This document shows positions 37,616 to 46,528 of a stretch of DNA of 64,000 bases, in pieces. The stretch comes from Alphaproteobacteria bacterium (GTDB lineage: Bacteria > Pseudomonadota > Alphaproteobacteria > CALKHQ01), in the NCBI GenBank assembly GCA_965227515.1, contig CBDDFZ010000001.1, positions 2,656,001 through 2,720,000 on the forward strand. Reading direction: 5' to 3'. The notes under the pieces were generated by a model. That model was not told where the DNA came from and searched no databases. It saw only the letters and a list, made by a program, of their open reading frames with translations. The stretch's first letter is position 1. Every line of letters starts with the position of its first letter. Position numbers and translations under genes: made by a program.

Positions 37616-38659
37616 CTACGGCAGCAGGTTGTCGGGGATGTCGAGCCCGACTTCCTGGTAGTAGCGCACGGCGCCCGGATGCAGCGGCAGCGGCAGGCCG
37701 GCAATCGCCTTTTCCAGCGCCATGACCTGGGTCGCGGCATGGATGTTCTGGATGAAGTTCAGGTTCTCGTAGATCGTCTTGGTGATCTGGTAGACGTGGT
37801 CGTCCGACACATCCTGGCTGACGGCCAGGAAGTTCGGCTGGGCGATGGTGTTGATGTCGGCTTCCTGGCCCGGATAGGTGCCGGCCGGGATCGTGTAGCG
37901 GGTCCACAGCTCCGGCAGCTCGCCATTGGCGCCCACGACCTGCTCGTCGGTGAAGTCGAGCACGGTCAGGCCGTCCATCGACGCCATGGCGCGGGTGACG
38001 GCGGAGACCGGGACGCCGGCGGGCGTGTTCATGCCGGCGACATTGCCGTTCAGCATCGCATCGACGGTGGAGGAATAGCCGCCCGCGTCGACAAGGTTCA
38101 TGGCGTCCAGGTCAAAGCCCAGATTGCCCAGGATGGTCAGGCCGGAGCCCTCGGTGCCGGAATTCTGCCGGCCGATGGCAAACGGCGCGTCGCCCAGGTT
38201 GTTGAGGTCGGAGATGTTGCCGCTGGCCACGTATTCGCTGGTCACGACCATGTGCTCGACGTTCTGCCACAGCATGGTGACCGAGCGCAGGTTGGCTTGC
38301 GGACCGTCGGCCTCCATGGCGCCGGTGCCGGTCGCGGCCCAGGCGCCATACAGGCCTTGCAGAATCGCGAACTGGGCATCGCCGTCGCGCAGCAGCGCCA
38401 CGTTCTCGCCCGATCCGGCCGAGCTGATCGCCGACATGGTCAGTTCGCCGGCCGGCTCCAGCTTCACCTTCACCAGCGTGGCCAGCGCCACGCCCACCGG
38501 ATAATAGGTGCCGCCGGTGGTCGCGGTGGCCAGGATATAAGACGCCTTGTCCTGCGCCTGCGCGCTGCCGATTGCGGTCGCCGCGGCCAGCAGTGCCGCG
38601 CCGCCGGCGGTCAGTGCCCGGCGTGTCAGGCTGTAACCGTTGGGGTCTTGCATCGACAT
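37616..38659 (-). CDS. TAXI family TRAP solute-binding protein
   Basis: ATATTGGTYYPVG, GSGEN, SGTE and LHPGA.RYY motifs; TRRAL signal. Confidence 0.92.
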   Translation of the reverse strand: MSMQDPNGYSLTRRALTAGGAALLAAATAIGSAQAQDKASYILATATTGGTYYPVGVALATLVKVKLEPAGELTMSAISSAGSGENVALLRDGDAQFAILQGLYGAWAATGTGAMEADGPQANLRSVTMLWQNVEHMVVTSEYVASGNISDLNNLGDAPFAIGRQNSGTEGSGLTILGNLGFDLDAMNLVDAGGYSSTVDAMLNGNVAGMNTPAGVPVSAVTRAMASMDGLTVLDFTDEQVVGANGELPELWTRYTIPAGTYPGQEADINTIAQPNFLAVSQDVSDDHVYQITKTIYENLNFIQNIHAATQVMALEKAIAGLPLPLHPGAVRYYQEVGLDIPDNLLP

Positions 38660-38920
38660 TTCCTCCCTTTGAACGCTGTCAGGGCACGCGCGCGGGGCCA
38701 ATCCATTGCCCGCGCGACGCTACCCGGTTGCCATCGACCTATCGTGACACCGCCGTGGTGGCAAGGCAATTCCGGGACATCCGCCAAGCACCCCGGCGGC
38801 CGGCCGGTTCGCCGGTGGCATGGCCCGGAAATGGGCAGGTTTGCTATGGCCCTGCGCGGCACGGCACTATATAAGGCCGCTGCCGGGACGCAGCTTCACT
38901 GACTCGTAACAGGGGTAGAA

Positions 38921-40393
38921 ATGACGAGGAATCGCTGGCGCGACATGACCCGACTGTTGCCTGCCGCCGCCACCGTCCTCGTCTGTCTGATCCTCAGCGG
39001 CGGAGGCGCATGGGCGGCCGAATCAGGCACCCATGACCTGGTCCCGCATCTCGATGGCGGCGAGCTGGGCCTGATCTGGATCGTGCCGTTCGTCGGCATC
39101 CTGTTGTCGATCGCGCTGGTTCCGCTGATCGCGCCCGATTTCTGGCACCACCATTTCGGCAAGATCAGCGCCGGCTGGGCGCTTTTGTTCCTGGTGCCGT
39201 TCGCGTTCATCTTCGGCCTGGACCTCACCATCTACGAGGTTCTGCACGTCGCCTTCCTCGAGTACATCCCGTTCATCATCCTGCTGTTCTCGCTGTTCAC
39301 GGTGGCGGGCGGCGTGCGGGTGACGGGCACCCTGCGCGGCACGCCTGCTGTCAACACAGGCCTGCTGCTGATCGGCACCATCATCGCAAGCTGGATGGGC
39401 ACCACCGGTGCCGCGATGCTGCTGATCCGCCCGATGCTGAAGGCGAACGAGTGGCGCCAGCGCAAAGTGCACGTGGTCGTGTTCTTCATTTTCCTGGTCG
39501 CCAATATCGGCGGCTCGTTGACCCCGCTTGGCGACCCGCCGCTGTTCCTGGGCTTCCTGAAGGGCGTGGAGTTCTTCTGGCCGACCACCCACATGCTGCT
39601 GCCGATGGTGATGGTGTCGGCGATCCTGCTGGTTGTCTTCTTCGTGATCGATTCGATCATGTACGCCAAGGAGAAGGACAAGGCGCCGCCGCCGCGCCGG
39701 AAGGGGGCCTCCGAAGAGAAGCTGGGCCTGGAGGGCGGCATCAATATCCTGCTGCTTGGCGGCGTGGTCGGCGCGGTGCTCTTGAGCGGCATCTGGAAGT
39801 CGGGCGTGGCGTTCGACGTCTACCACGTGCACATCGAGCTGCAGAACGTGGTGCGCGACGTGCTGCTGGTGGGGATTGCCTTCCTGTCGCTGTGGCTGAC
39901 CAACAATGCCAGCCGCAGCGCCAACGGCTTCACCTGGTTCCCCATCGTCGAGGTGGCGAAGCTGTTCGCAGGCATCTTCGTCACCATCATCCCGGCGATC
40001 TCGATCCTGCGCGCCGGCCTGGACGGTGCGCTGAGCGACGTCATCTCCGCCGTCTCCAGCGAGACCGGCGAGCCGGTGAACGCGTCCTATTTCTGGCTCA
40101 CGGGTATCCTGTCCAGCTTCCTGGACAACGCGCCGACCTACCTGGTGTTCTTCAACACCGCGGGCGGCGACGCGCAGTTGCTGATGGGCGATCTCGCCGC
40201 GACCCTGCTGGCGATTTCGGCCGGCGCGGTGTTCATGGGCGCCAACACCTATATCGGCAATGCGCCGAACTTCATGGTCCGCTCCATCGCCGTGCAAAGC
40301 GGGGTGAAGATGCCCAGCTTCTTCGGCTACATGGGCTGGTCCATCGTCTTCCTGCTGCCGATCTTTGCGTTGGTGACGATTGTATTCTTCTAG
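38921..40393 (+). CDS. Putative sodium:proton antiporter (IT superfamily)
   Basis: GTTGAAMLLIRP, ANIGGSLTPLGDPPLFLGFL, SSFLDNAPTY and GANTYIGNAPNFMV motifs. Confidence 0.85.
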   Translation: MTRNRWRDMTRLLPAAATVLVCLILSGGGAWAAESGTHDLVPHLDGGELGLIWIVPFVGILLSIALVPLIAPDFWHHHFGKISAGWALLFLVPFAFIFGLDLTIYEVLHVAFLEYIPFIILLFSLFTVAGGVRVTGTLRGTPAVNTGLLLIGTIIASWMGTTGAAMLLIRPMLKANEWRQRKVHVVVFFIFLVANIGGSLTPLGDPPLFLGFLKGVEFFWPTTHMLLPMVMVSAILLVVFFVIDSIMYAKEKDKAPPPRRKGASEEKLGLEGGINILLLGGVVGAVLLSGIWKSGVAFDVYHVHIELQNVVRDVLLVGIAFLSLWLTNNASRSANGFTWFPIVEVAKLFAGIFVTIIPAISILRAGLDGALSDVISAVSSETGEPVNASYFWLTGILSSFLDNAPTYLVFFNTAGGDAQLLMGDLAATLLAISAGAVFMGANTYIGNAPNFMVRSIAVQSGVKMPSFFGYMGWSIVFLLPIFALVTIVFF

Positions 40394-40441
40394 TGGCCGC
40401 GGTCCGGCGATACGGGGCCTCGGCATATGGGGGCCACGGCC

Positions 40442-41992
40442 GTGCATGACCGCATTCTGATCCTCGACTTCGGCAGCCAGGTCACCCAGCTCATCGCGCG
40501 TCGGGTGCGCGAGGCGGGGGTCTACAGCGAAATCCTGCCTTACAACGTGGACGTCGAGCGCATCACCTCATTCGCGCCGAAGGGCATCGTGCTCTCCGGC
40601 GGGCCGGCGTCGACGGTGGGCGAGGCGGCCCCGATGCCGCCGCCGGTGGTGTTCGAGATGGGCGTGCCGGTGCTGGGCATCTGCTATGGCGAGCAGGCGA
40701 TGTGCGCGCAGCTCGGCGGCGCCGTGGAGGTGGGCGACCATCGCGAGTTCGGCCGCGCCGAGGTGTCGGTACAGGAAGACTGCGCGCTGTTCGAGGGCGT
40801 TTGGATGCCGGGCGACAAGCGGCCGGTGTGGATGAGCCATGGCGACCGGGTGACGGCGCTGCCGGCGGGCTTCAAGCCGGTGGCGACCAGCCGCGGCGCG
40901 CCGTTTGCCGCCATCGCCGACGAGGCGCGCAGCTACTACGGCGTGCAGTTCCACCCGGAGGTGGCGCACACGCCGGACGGGGCCGACCTGCTGCGCAACT
41001 TCGTGCGCAACGTGGCTGGTTGCACCGGCGACTGGACGATGGCCGCGTTCCGGGAAGAGGCGATCGCCGCCATTCGCGCCCAGGTCGGCACGCAAGGCCG
41101 GGTCGTCTGCGGGCTCTCCGGCGGGGTCGATAGCTCGGTCGCCGCGGTGCTGATCCACGAGGCCGTCGGCGAACAGCTCACCTGCATCTTTGTCGACCAC
41201 GGCCTGCTGCGCGCCGGCGAGGCGGAGGAGGTGGTGCGCCTGTTCGGCGACCACTACAACATCCCGCTGGTCCATCGCGACGCAACCGACCTGTTCCTCG
41301 GGCGGCTGGACGGCGTCGACGACCCGGAGCGCAAGCGCAAGATCATCGGCGAGACCTTCATCGATGTCTTCGACGAAGAAGCGTCCAAGATCGGCGGGGC
41401 CGGGTTCCTCGCCCAGGGCACGCTCTACCCCGATGTGATCGAATCGGTGTCGGCCATCGGCGGGCCCAGCGTCACCATCAAGTCGCACCACAATGTCGGC
41501 GGCCTGCCCGAGCGCATGCACATGAAGCTGGTGGAGCCGCTGCGCGAGCTGTTCAAGGACGAGGTGCGCACCTTGGGCCATGAATTGGGCCTGCCGCAGC
41601 GACTGATCGGCCGCCACCCGTTCCCGGGGCCGGGGCTGGCGATCCGCATTCCCGGCGCGATCACGGCGGACAAGCTGGAGATCCTGCGCAAGGCCGACGC
41701 GATCTACCTGGAGGAAATCCGCGCCGCCGAACTCTACGACGAGATCTGGCAGGCGTTCGCCGTGCTGCTGCCCGTGCGCACCGTCGGCGTGATGGGCGAC
41801 AACCGCACCTACGACCATGTCTGCGCGCTCAGGGCGGTCACCTCCACCGATGGCATGACCGCCGACAGCTACCCCTTCGAGCACGCCTTCCTGGCTCACG
41901 TGGCAACAAGAATTGTCAATGAAGTCAAGGGGATTAACCGCGTGACTTACGACGTCACATCAAAGCCGCCCGGCACCATCGAGTGGGAATAA
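40442..41992 (+). CDS. guaA: GMP synthase (glutamine-hydrolysing)
   Basis: [33 protein letters not shown] and [10 protein letters not shown] motifs. Confidence 0.97.
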   Translation: MHDRILILDFGSQVTQLIARRVREAGVYSEILPYNVDVERITSFAPKGIVLSGGPASTVGEAAPMPPPVVFEMGVPVLGICYGEQAMCAQLGGAVEVGDHREFGRAEVSVQEDCALFEGVWMPGDKRPVWMSHGDRVTALPAGFKPVATSRGAPFAAIADEARSYYGVQFHPEVAHTPDGADLLRNFVRNVAGCTGDWTMAAFREEAIAAIRAQVGTQGRVVCGLSGGVDSSVAAVLIHEAVGEQLTCIFVDHGLLRAGEAEEVVRLFGDHYNIPLVHRDATDLFLGRLDGVDDPERKRKIIGETFIDVFDEEASKIGGAGFLAQGTLYPDVIESVSAIGGPSVTIKSHHNVGGLPERMHMKLVEPLRELFKDEVRTLGHELGLPQRLIGRHPFPGPGLAIRIPGAITADKLEILRKADAIYLEEIRAAELYDEIWQAFAVLLPVRTVGVMGDNRTYDHVCALRAVTSTDGMTADSYPFEHAFLAHVATRIVNEVKGINRVTYDVTSKPPGTIEWE

Positions 41993-42004
41993 GCGAGAGG
42001 CAAC

Positions 42005-42037
42005 CAGGCTTGTATTGACAATGTCAATACAAGCCTG
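42005..42037. promoter_or_regulatory. Perfect 16-bp inverted repeat containing TTGACA; likely operator/promoter of the TA pair
   Basis: CAGGCTTGTATTGACA-A-TGTCAATACAAGCCTG. Confidence 0.7.
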
Positions 42038-42095
42038 CATATCCCTGGTCATGGCAGAAATTCACTCATCACAATCCAACCGCCAGGGGGAAAAC

Positions 42096-42389
42096 GTGAC
42101 CGTTGCCGAGCGTGCGTCCGCAGCCGACCGAAAGGGCGCCATCAACCTGCGCATCGAGGCGCAGACGCGCCAACTGATAGATGAGGCAGCGGCCGTGGTC
42201 GGCAAGACCCGCACCGAGTTCATGATCGAAAGCGCCCGCCAGCAGGCGATCGACATCCTGCTCGATCAGAGGCTGTTTCAATTGGACGACAGCCGCTTCG
42301 CCGCGTTCATGGAAGCCCTCGACAAACCGCCGGCACCTGGGCCCAAGCTGCGCGCATTGCTGAGCCGCACCCCGGCCTGGGAGAAGTGA
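42096..42389 (+). CDS. DUF1778 (RHH) antitoxin
   Basis: INLRI......LID.AA...GKTRTEFM, LLDQRLF.L....F.AF..ALD.PP.P...LR.L; overlaps the toxin start. Confidence 0.88.
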   Translation: MTVAERASAADRKGAINLRIEAQTRQLIDEAAAVVGKTRTEFMIESARQQAIDILLDQRLFQLDDSRFAAFMEALDKPPAPGPKLRALLSRTPAWEK

Positions 42390-42934
42390 GCGAAGGCTCA
42401 GTGTCGGATGGGGGGCGGCTGACGACCCCCATGCCATTGACGGCCGATCACGACCTTTCGAGTTTCGATTGCGGCGAGCCTGCGCTGAATGACTGGTTGC
42501 GGCACAGGGCATTGAAGAATGAAAGCCGCTTCTCCCGAGCCTACGTGGTGTGCGAGGGCCAGAAGGTCATCGGCTACTATTGCATCTCCGCCGGGTCCAT
42601 CGAGCGGGCGTATGCCCCTGGCAAGGTCCGCCGCAATGCGCCTGACGCGATACCGATATCCGTGATCGGTCGCCTCGCGGTCAGCCGGCACCATGCCGGT
42701 CGAGGCATCGGAGCCGATCTGTTGGCCGATGCATTGCGCCGTATCGCCGCCGCGTCGAGGAATATCGGCATTGCGGCTGTGCTGGTTCAGGCGAAGGGCG
42801 ATGCCGCACGGCGGTTCTACCTCCGCTGTGCGGAGTTCATCGAGTATCCTGACGATAGCCGAACCCTGTTCTTGCCGATCGATACCATCGTGGCGGCGCT
42901 GGGCGATTTGCAGGAGCGACCGGAGCGTAAGTGA
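42386..42934 (+). CDS. GNAT family toxin (TacT/AtaT-like)
   Basis: HD.SSFDCGEP.LNDWL, GYY, IGRLAV....GRGIG..LL.DA and V.AK...A.RFY motifs. Confidence 0.88.
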   Translation: MSEGSVSDGGRLTTPMPLTADHDLSSFDCGEPALNDWLRHRALKNESRFSRAYVVCEGQKVIGYYCISAGSIERAYAPGKVRRNAPDAIPISVIGRLAVSRHHAGRGIGADLLADALRRIAAASRNIGIAAVLVQAKGDAARRFYLRCAEFIEYPDDSRTLFLPIDTIVAALGDLQERPERK

Positions 42935-43815
42935 AGATGACGAAGAGCGAGACGCCCCCAACTCACATCGACGGCATGGCCGCGCTGGCAGACCGCTACG
43001 ACGCGTTCGTGGTCGACCAGTTCGGCGTGCTGCACGCGGGCGCGCAGGCGTTCCACGGCGTTGTCGATGCTCTGCGCGCCATCAAAGAGCGCGGCAAGCC
43101 ATTGATCATCCTGTCGAATTCGGGAAAGCGCGCGGCGGTGAACGCCGATCGCATGGTGGAGCTTGGCATTCCGCGCGATCTCTACACAGACATCGTCACG
43201 TCCGGCGAAGTGACGTGGAGCGCGCTGTGCGAACGCAAAGATCCGCGGTTCGCGGCGCTCGGGCAGCGTTGCGTGCTGCTGGCTCATGGCGCCGACACCT
43301 CGGTGGTCGACGGCAGCGGCGTGGAGATCGTGAACGATGTGGCCGACGCGGACTTCATTTTGGTCGGCGGGCTCAACCCCGGCGGGCCGTCCATCGACGA
43401 TCTGCTGGAAACCCTGACCGAGGGCGGCACTTCGCTCAAGCCGATGATCTGCGCCAATCCCGATCTCGTCGGTCCGACGCCGAGCGGGCTGACCGTCACA
43501 CCGGGCACGCTGGCCCGCCGCTACCAGGCCATCGGCGGCGAGGTGATCACCATCGGCAAGCCGCACCGCGAGGTCTACGAGGCCTGCCGGGGCCTGCTCG
43601 GAAATGTGCCGCGCGACCGGGTGTGCGCGGTCGGCGATTCGGTGGAGCATGACATTGCCGGCGGCATCGCCGCGGGCCTCGCCACCGCCTTCATCATGGG
43701 CGGTATCCATGGCGACGTGTTCGCGGACGGCGGCGACCCGGTGGCCGCCTATGGCGCCCTGCATGCCGACTATGGCTGCTCGCCCGACTGGTTGGTCCCA
43801 CTGTTCCGGTGGTGA
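42931..43815 (+). CDS. HAD-IIA family hydrolase
   Basis: DQFGVLH, LSNS, CANPD, GKPH and VGDS..HDI.G motifs. Confidence 0.88.
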   Translation: MKMTKSETPPTHIDGMAALADRYDAFVVDQFGVLHAGAQAFHGVVDALRAIKERGKPLIILSNSGKRAAVNADRMVELGIPRDLYTDIVTSGEVTWSALCERKDPRFAALGQRCVLLAHGADTSVVDGSGVEIVNDVADADFILVGGLNPGGPSIDDLLETLTEGGTSLKPMICANPDLVGPTPSGLTVTPGTLARRYQAIGGEVITIGKPHREVYEACRGLLGNVPRDRVCAVGDSVEHDIAGGIAAGLATAFIMGGIHGDVFADGGDPVAAYGALHADYGCSPDWLVPLFRW

Positions 43816-43821
43816 CGCGGG

Positions 43822-44871
43822 CTACCCTGCCATAGCCTCCAGGTCGGCGCGGGCGAGGCCGACGCCCTCGCCGGTGGTCAGAATCTCCTCCCACGTCGTG
43901 TCGTCGAGCGGTATGCCGTCGCGCCCCCGCGCCGCGCGGTTGCGGAACTCCACCTCGCCGGGGAACAGCACCTCGCCGCCCTCCGTCGCCGGCGGGGAGG
44001 CGGTCACCCAGTCGCGGAAGCGAATGACCTCCTTCGCGAACGCGTCGCGGTCGACCAGCGGCGAGGGGTCGAACGCGATAACCGTCCAGGTGTTCTCCAG
44101 CACCTTGGCGCCGGGCGCAGTGCAACCGCCGCCGGACAGCGCGCCGGACAGGATGTCGGTCAGGATGTTGAGGCCGGAACCCTTGTGGCCGCCCACCGGC
44201 AGGATGGCGCCGCCGGCATAGAAGTCGCGCGCGTCGGTCGTCGGGTTGCCGTCCTTGTCGATGATGGTGTTGGGCGGCACCGGCTGGCCCTTGTTCTTGG
44301 CGACGAAGAGCTTGCCCTCCGCGCTGGCGGCGGTGGTGATGTCGAGCAGGATCGGGTCCTGTCCCGGCATCGGCACGCAGATCGCCATCGGGCTGGGCGA
44401 CAGGCGCCGGTCGCTGCCGCCGAACGGGGTCACCATCATGCCCATGCCGGTGGTGTTGAGGAACTGGAGGGAGATCAGGCCATGTGCGGCCAGCATCTCG
44501 CCCCACTCGCCCAGCCGGCCCAGGTGGCCGGCGCGCCGCATGGTGACCATGGCGATGCCGCTGGTCTTGGCCTTCTTCGCGACCAGGGCCACGGCCTCCT
44601 CGCCGATCACCTGGCCGAAGCCGAAATTGCCGTCCAGCAGCGCCATGGTCGGGGTCTCGTTGACGATGGACATGCTCTTGCCGGGGCTGACGCGGCCGTT
44701 CTTCACGAACGCGATGTAGCGGCTGATGCGGATGACGCCGTGGCTGTCGTGGCCGCAGAGGTTGGAATCGACCAGGTGGCGCGCGACGCAGGCCGCTTCC
44801 TCCGGCGTCGAGCCCGCGGCCTCGAAAATGGCGGCGCCCACCCGCGTCAGCGCGTCCGACTGAATCAGCAT
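43822..44871 (-). CDS. Ldh_2 family (malate/lactate/ureidoglycolate) dehydrogenase
   Basis: GHDSHG, DG.FGFGQ, H.GRLG, D.TT and GGHKGSGL motifs. Confidence 0.88.
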   Translation of the reverse strand: MLIQSDALTRVGAAIFEAAGSTPEEAACVARHLVDSNLCGHDSHGVIRISRYIAFVKNGRVSPGKSMSIVNETPTMALLDGNFGFGQVIGEEAVALVAKKAKTSGIAMVTMRRAGHLGRLGEWGEMLAAHGLISLQFLNTTGMGMMVTPFGGSDRRLSPSPMAICVPMPGQDPILLDITTAASAEGKLFVAKNKGQPVPPNTIIDKDGNPTTDARDFYAGGAILPVGGHKGSGLNILTDILSGALSGGGCTAPGAKVLENTWTVIAFDPSPLVDRDAFAKEVIRFRDWVTASPPATEGGEVLFPGEVEFRNRAARGRDGIPLDDTTWEEILTTGEGVGLARADLEAMAG

Positions 44872-44984
44872 GTTGTCCCCTCCGGCATGATGTCGTTTCT
44901 TGCGGCGCGCCATTAAGGTCGCTAACAGGCGCGTTGTCCACGCGGTTTCCGGGCCGTCACGGTGCGCAGCAAAAGGGGTGCGAT

Positions 44985-45335
44985 ATGACCGAACTGATCT
45001 ACCACCTGGCGGCGGCCTCGGCCTGGGAGGCGGCGACGGGTGCCGGTGCCTACAGCGGTGCGGAGGAGGATCGGGCCGACGGCTTCCTGCACTTCTCGAC
45101 CAAGGAGCAGATCGCGGAGAGCGCCGCGCGGCACAAGGCCGGGCGCACTGATCTGGTGCTGCTGGCGGTCGACGTGGCGTCGCTGGGCGATGCCCTGAAG
45201 TGGGAGCCGTCGCGCGGCGGTGCCCTGTTCCCCCACCTCTATGGCGACGTGCCGCTGAGTGCCGTGCGCGCCGCGGTGCCGCTCAAGGTGGGTCCCGACG
45301 GACGGCATGTGATGCCGGGGTTCGGCGAGGGCTGA
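44985..45335 (+). CDS. DUF952 family protein
   Basis: IYH, D.ADGFLHFST.EQ and LKWE.SRGG.LFPHLYG motifs. Confidence 0.88.
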   Translation: MTELIYHLAAASAWEAATGAGAYSGAEEDRADGFLHFSTKEQIAESAARHKAGRTDLVLLAVDVASLGDALKWEPSRGGALFPHLYGDVPLSAVRAAVPLKVGPDGRHVMPGFGEG

Positions 45336-45337
45336 GG

Positions 45338-45847
45338 GTGTCGACGGCTGGCGCGCCGGCGGGGGTTTCGATTCGCCCGGCGGGACCGGAGGATGCGGAC
45401 GCCGTCTGGGCGATCCTGGAGCCGGTGATCCGGGCCGGCGACACCTACGCCCTGGACGCGGACATGAGCCACGACGCGGCCTTGGCCAATTGGACGGGGC
45501 CCGACCGGGAGACGTTCGTGGCGACCCAGGAAGGTGAGATCGTCGGCACCTATTACCTGCGCGCCAACCAGGCCGGCGGCGGCGCCCATGTCTGCAATTG
45601 CGGCTACGTGACCGCCCAGGCAGCCGCCGGGCGCGGCGTGGCGCGCGCCATGTGCACCCATTCGCTGGACCATGCCAAGGCGCGCGGGTTCAGCGCCATG
45701 CAGTTCAACTTCGTCGTGGAGACCAACCGCCGCGCGGTGCGCCTGTGGCAGACCTTCGGGTTCGAGACCGTTGGGCGGTTGCCGCGCGCGTTCCGCCACC
45801 CGACCGAAGGCCTGGTCGACGCGCTGGTGATGTATCGGGAATTATGA
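45338..45847 (+). CDS. GNAT family N-acetyltransferase
   Basis: G.TY, GTYYL..NQ.GGG.HVCN.GY and MQFNFVV.TN..AV.LW..GF motifs. Confidence 0.88.
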   Translation: MSTAGAPAGVSIRPAGPEDADAVWAILEPVIRAGDTYALDADMSHDAALANWTGPDRETFVATQEGEIVGTYYLRANQAGGGAHVCNCGYVTAQAAAGRGVARAMCTHSLDHAKARGFSAMQFNFVVETNRRAVRLWQTFGFETVGRLPRAFRHPTEGLVDALVMYREL

Positions 45848-46013
45848 CTAGTGTGGTGGATTCGAAGTTCGTCCGATTATCGCCGCAGCCATCTTGACGA
45901 ACTTCGAAACCAGAAACCACACTAGATTCAATAACTTGCTAGTGTCCCAATCGAATCTGAAGTTCGATCGAGGCCAGCAAACACTGTTACGAACTTCAGA
46001 TTCGGGACACTAG
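45848..46013. repeat. Two tandem CTAGTG...CACTAG palindromic elements (45848-45925 and 45939-46013)
   Basis: Each carries GAAGTTCG/CGAACTTC inverted cores and CTAG termini. Confidence 0.85.
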
Positions 46014-46025
46014 GGTCCGGGCCGG

Positions 46026-46400
46026 CTAAGCCGTCACTTCTGCCACCCGGGCACGCCACCGTCCGGTCACCAGACGCTCCACCAGGCGATAATGGGCGGG
46101 CGGCAACCCATCGAACCGAACGCCGATGGCGCGGGCCAGGCGGTAGTGGCGGGTCAGCCGTACGCCAAAACGCAGCGCCGGCTCGTCGCCCGCACGCAGC
46201 ACCAACTGCACGATATCGTCGGTGTTCAGCCGCCTCATGATCGAGCCGGGGACGCCCGCGCAGCCGATGCGCATGCCGCCCAGGCTGACGTCCAGCACCT
46301 CGACCGCGGCACCTTCCAGCTCGGCGGCGAGCAACAGCGCCCGGCGCCGGTCGCGGCGCCGCTCGATCCGTGTGTAACCCTTCAACCTGCGGCGAATCAT
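46026..46400 (-). CDS. Stand-alone PilZ domain protein
   Basis: RxxxR (ERRRDRR) and DxSxxG (DVSLGG) motifs, plus GVRF. Confidence 0.78.
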   Translation of the reverse strand: MIRRRLKGYTRIERRRDRRRALLLAAELEGAAVEVLDVSLGGMRIGCAGVPGSIMRRLNTDDIVQLVLRAGDEPALRFGVRLTRHYRLARAIGVRFDGLPPAHYRLVERLVTGRWRARVAEVTA

Positions 46401-46528
46401 GCCGATATCCACAAAGTGCTGTAAGTTCTTCACAGTTGGCGCGGATTACCGCCACATTTCACGGCAATATACCCCGTGACCGATTAACGGCAGTTTTCCG
46501 CGCGCAAAAGATTTCGGTGGGGCAGACG

